Assembly (NCBI RefSeq): GCF_000018105.1
Contig: NC_009925.1
Coordinates: 5,040,001 to 5,072,000 of the forward strand
DNA: 32,000 nucleotides
Direction: 5' to 3'
Source: Acaryochloris marina MBIC11017
Lineage (GTDB): Bacteria > Cyanobacteriota > Cyanobacteriia > Thermosynechococcales > Thermosynechococcaceae
Shown: piece by piece, positions 31,257 to 32,000 of the stretch
Layout: each line of letters starts with the position of its first letter
How positions within the stretch are numbered: position 1 is the stretch's first letter
The notes under the pieces: generated by a model
The model's input: the letters and a program-made list of their open reading frames with translations, nothing else
The model's database searches: none
What the model was told of the DNA's origin: nothing
Position numbers and translations under genes: made by a program

Positions 31257-32000
31257 ATGATGACGATTACTTTTAAGCAATATCCAAAGTGTATTTCTGA
31301 TCTATTCAACTATGGATTAATGTACGCGGTGGCAGAATATAAAATTCATTCTCCACAACCCTTAACCCAGTCTGAAAGTTGGGGCTATTGGACTCAACCT
31401 AGATCACCATGGATGGAAGGGTTGGCAAGAATTTATCCGCTTAAGGCACAACGCATCTCTTTCCTAAATCGGATGCTTGCTCAAGATCATGCCAGCGGTA
31501 TTGAAACTCATTACGATGTTTCCAATGAGTTCTATGCTTTGTTCCTAGACGAAAGATATCGGTTTTATACCTGTGCTGAATTTCAGTCAGAACAAGATTC
31601 TTTAGAAGAGGCACAAGCCCATAAAGCTCAATATCTCTTATCGTTAATGCAATTGCAGGGGAACGAGAAGGTTCTAGATCTCGGGTGTGGTTGGGGAGCC
31701 ATGTTGAAGTTTCTCCAAGATTCAGGCCATCAGGGGCCATTAGCAGGATACACCCTATCAAAAGAGCAGTTAGCCTATGCTCAACAACGGTTAGGGTTAA
31801 ACGTCTCTCTCACTAATTTTATTACGGATCAGTTTGTAGAAACTCCCTATGATTGCATCTTTTCGATTGGTGCTTTAGAGCATGTTCGCCCCCATGAACT
31901 CACAGATTTGTACCAAAAAATTTATGATGCACTCGTTCCTGGTGGCAAAGCGGTGCATCAATTCTTCTCTCTGGAGCGTGAGCCCTATCCAGCATCAATG
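31257..32000 (+). CDS. Cyclopropane-fatty-acyl-phospholipid-synthase-like SAM methyltransferase (3' end outside window)
   Basis: Not in the ORF track because no stop falls in the window. My own translation from ATG 31257 (TAA immediately upstream) stays open through 248 codons to nt 32000. It contains IETHYDVSNEFYALFLDERYRFYTCAEF and VLDLGCGWGAM, the CMAS-family blocks. Confidence 0.85.
   Translation, partial: MMTITFKQYPKCISDLFNYGLMYAVAEYKIHSPQPLTQSESWGYWTQPRSPWMEGLARIYPLKAQRISFLNRMLAQDHASGIETHYDVSNEFYALFLDERYRFYTCAEFQSEQDSLEEAQAHKAQYLLSLMQLQGNEKVLDLGCGWGAMLKFLQDSGHQGPLAGYTLSKEQLAYAQQRLGLNVSLTNFITDQFVETPYDCIFSIGALEHVRPHELTDLYQKIYDALVPGGKAVHQFFSLEREPYPASM

Noticed and set aside
31441-31761. 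106-aa minus-strand ORF from the track
   Set aside because: It is antisense to a 248-codon open + strand frame with clear CMAS-type methyltransferase motifs. That frame is missing from the track only because it has no stop within the window.

Overview
The window looks like a cyanobacterial chromosome segment: HIP1 palindromes (GCGATCGC), a high-light-inducible protein gene, a WD40 array, and about 50-55% GC in spot counts. Most of it is ordinary housekeeping or accessory genes. From the left these are the 3' part of a WD40-repeat gene, an AraC-HTH/O6-alkylguanine methyltransferase fusion, DUF3303, a GNAT, a quinone oxidoreductase and a PAS-only sensor. Small hypothetical genes follow, then a minus-strand membrane/stress block: a 938-aa coiled-coil membrane protein, DUF389, YihY/BrkB and CsbD. 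Two IS elements bracket an hli gene: an ISAs1 copy with perfect ends and a target duplication, and a frame-split IS630 copy. After them come DUF547, a UbiG-like methyltransferase, a nucleoside phosphorylase, a 705-aa TPM-like protein, DUF4112, an LDH/MDH-like gene and a CMAS-type methyltransferase that runs off the 3' edge. The stand-out is a low-GC block of about 6 kb (about 23130..29110) that splits an alpha/beta-hydrolase gene. Its N-terminal part (29185..29832, decaying on to about 29112) and its C-terminal 58 codons (22953..23129) lie collinear on the minus strand either side of the block, and an IS5-type transposase remnant sits at the right edge. The block carries one four-gene operon: a ferritin-like (VioB/RebD-type) protein, a miniature LodA/GoxA-like cysteine-tryptophylquinone (CTQ) oxidase, a radical-SAM/SPASM enzyme and a LodB/QhpG-like flavoprotein. 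I know of no characterised system with this composition, and it is my main candidate for a new system. All family assignments rest on motif recognition by eye and need HMM or structure confirmation.
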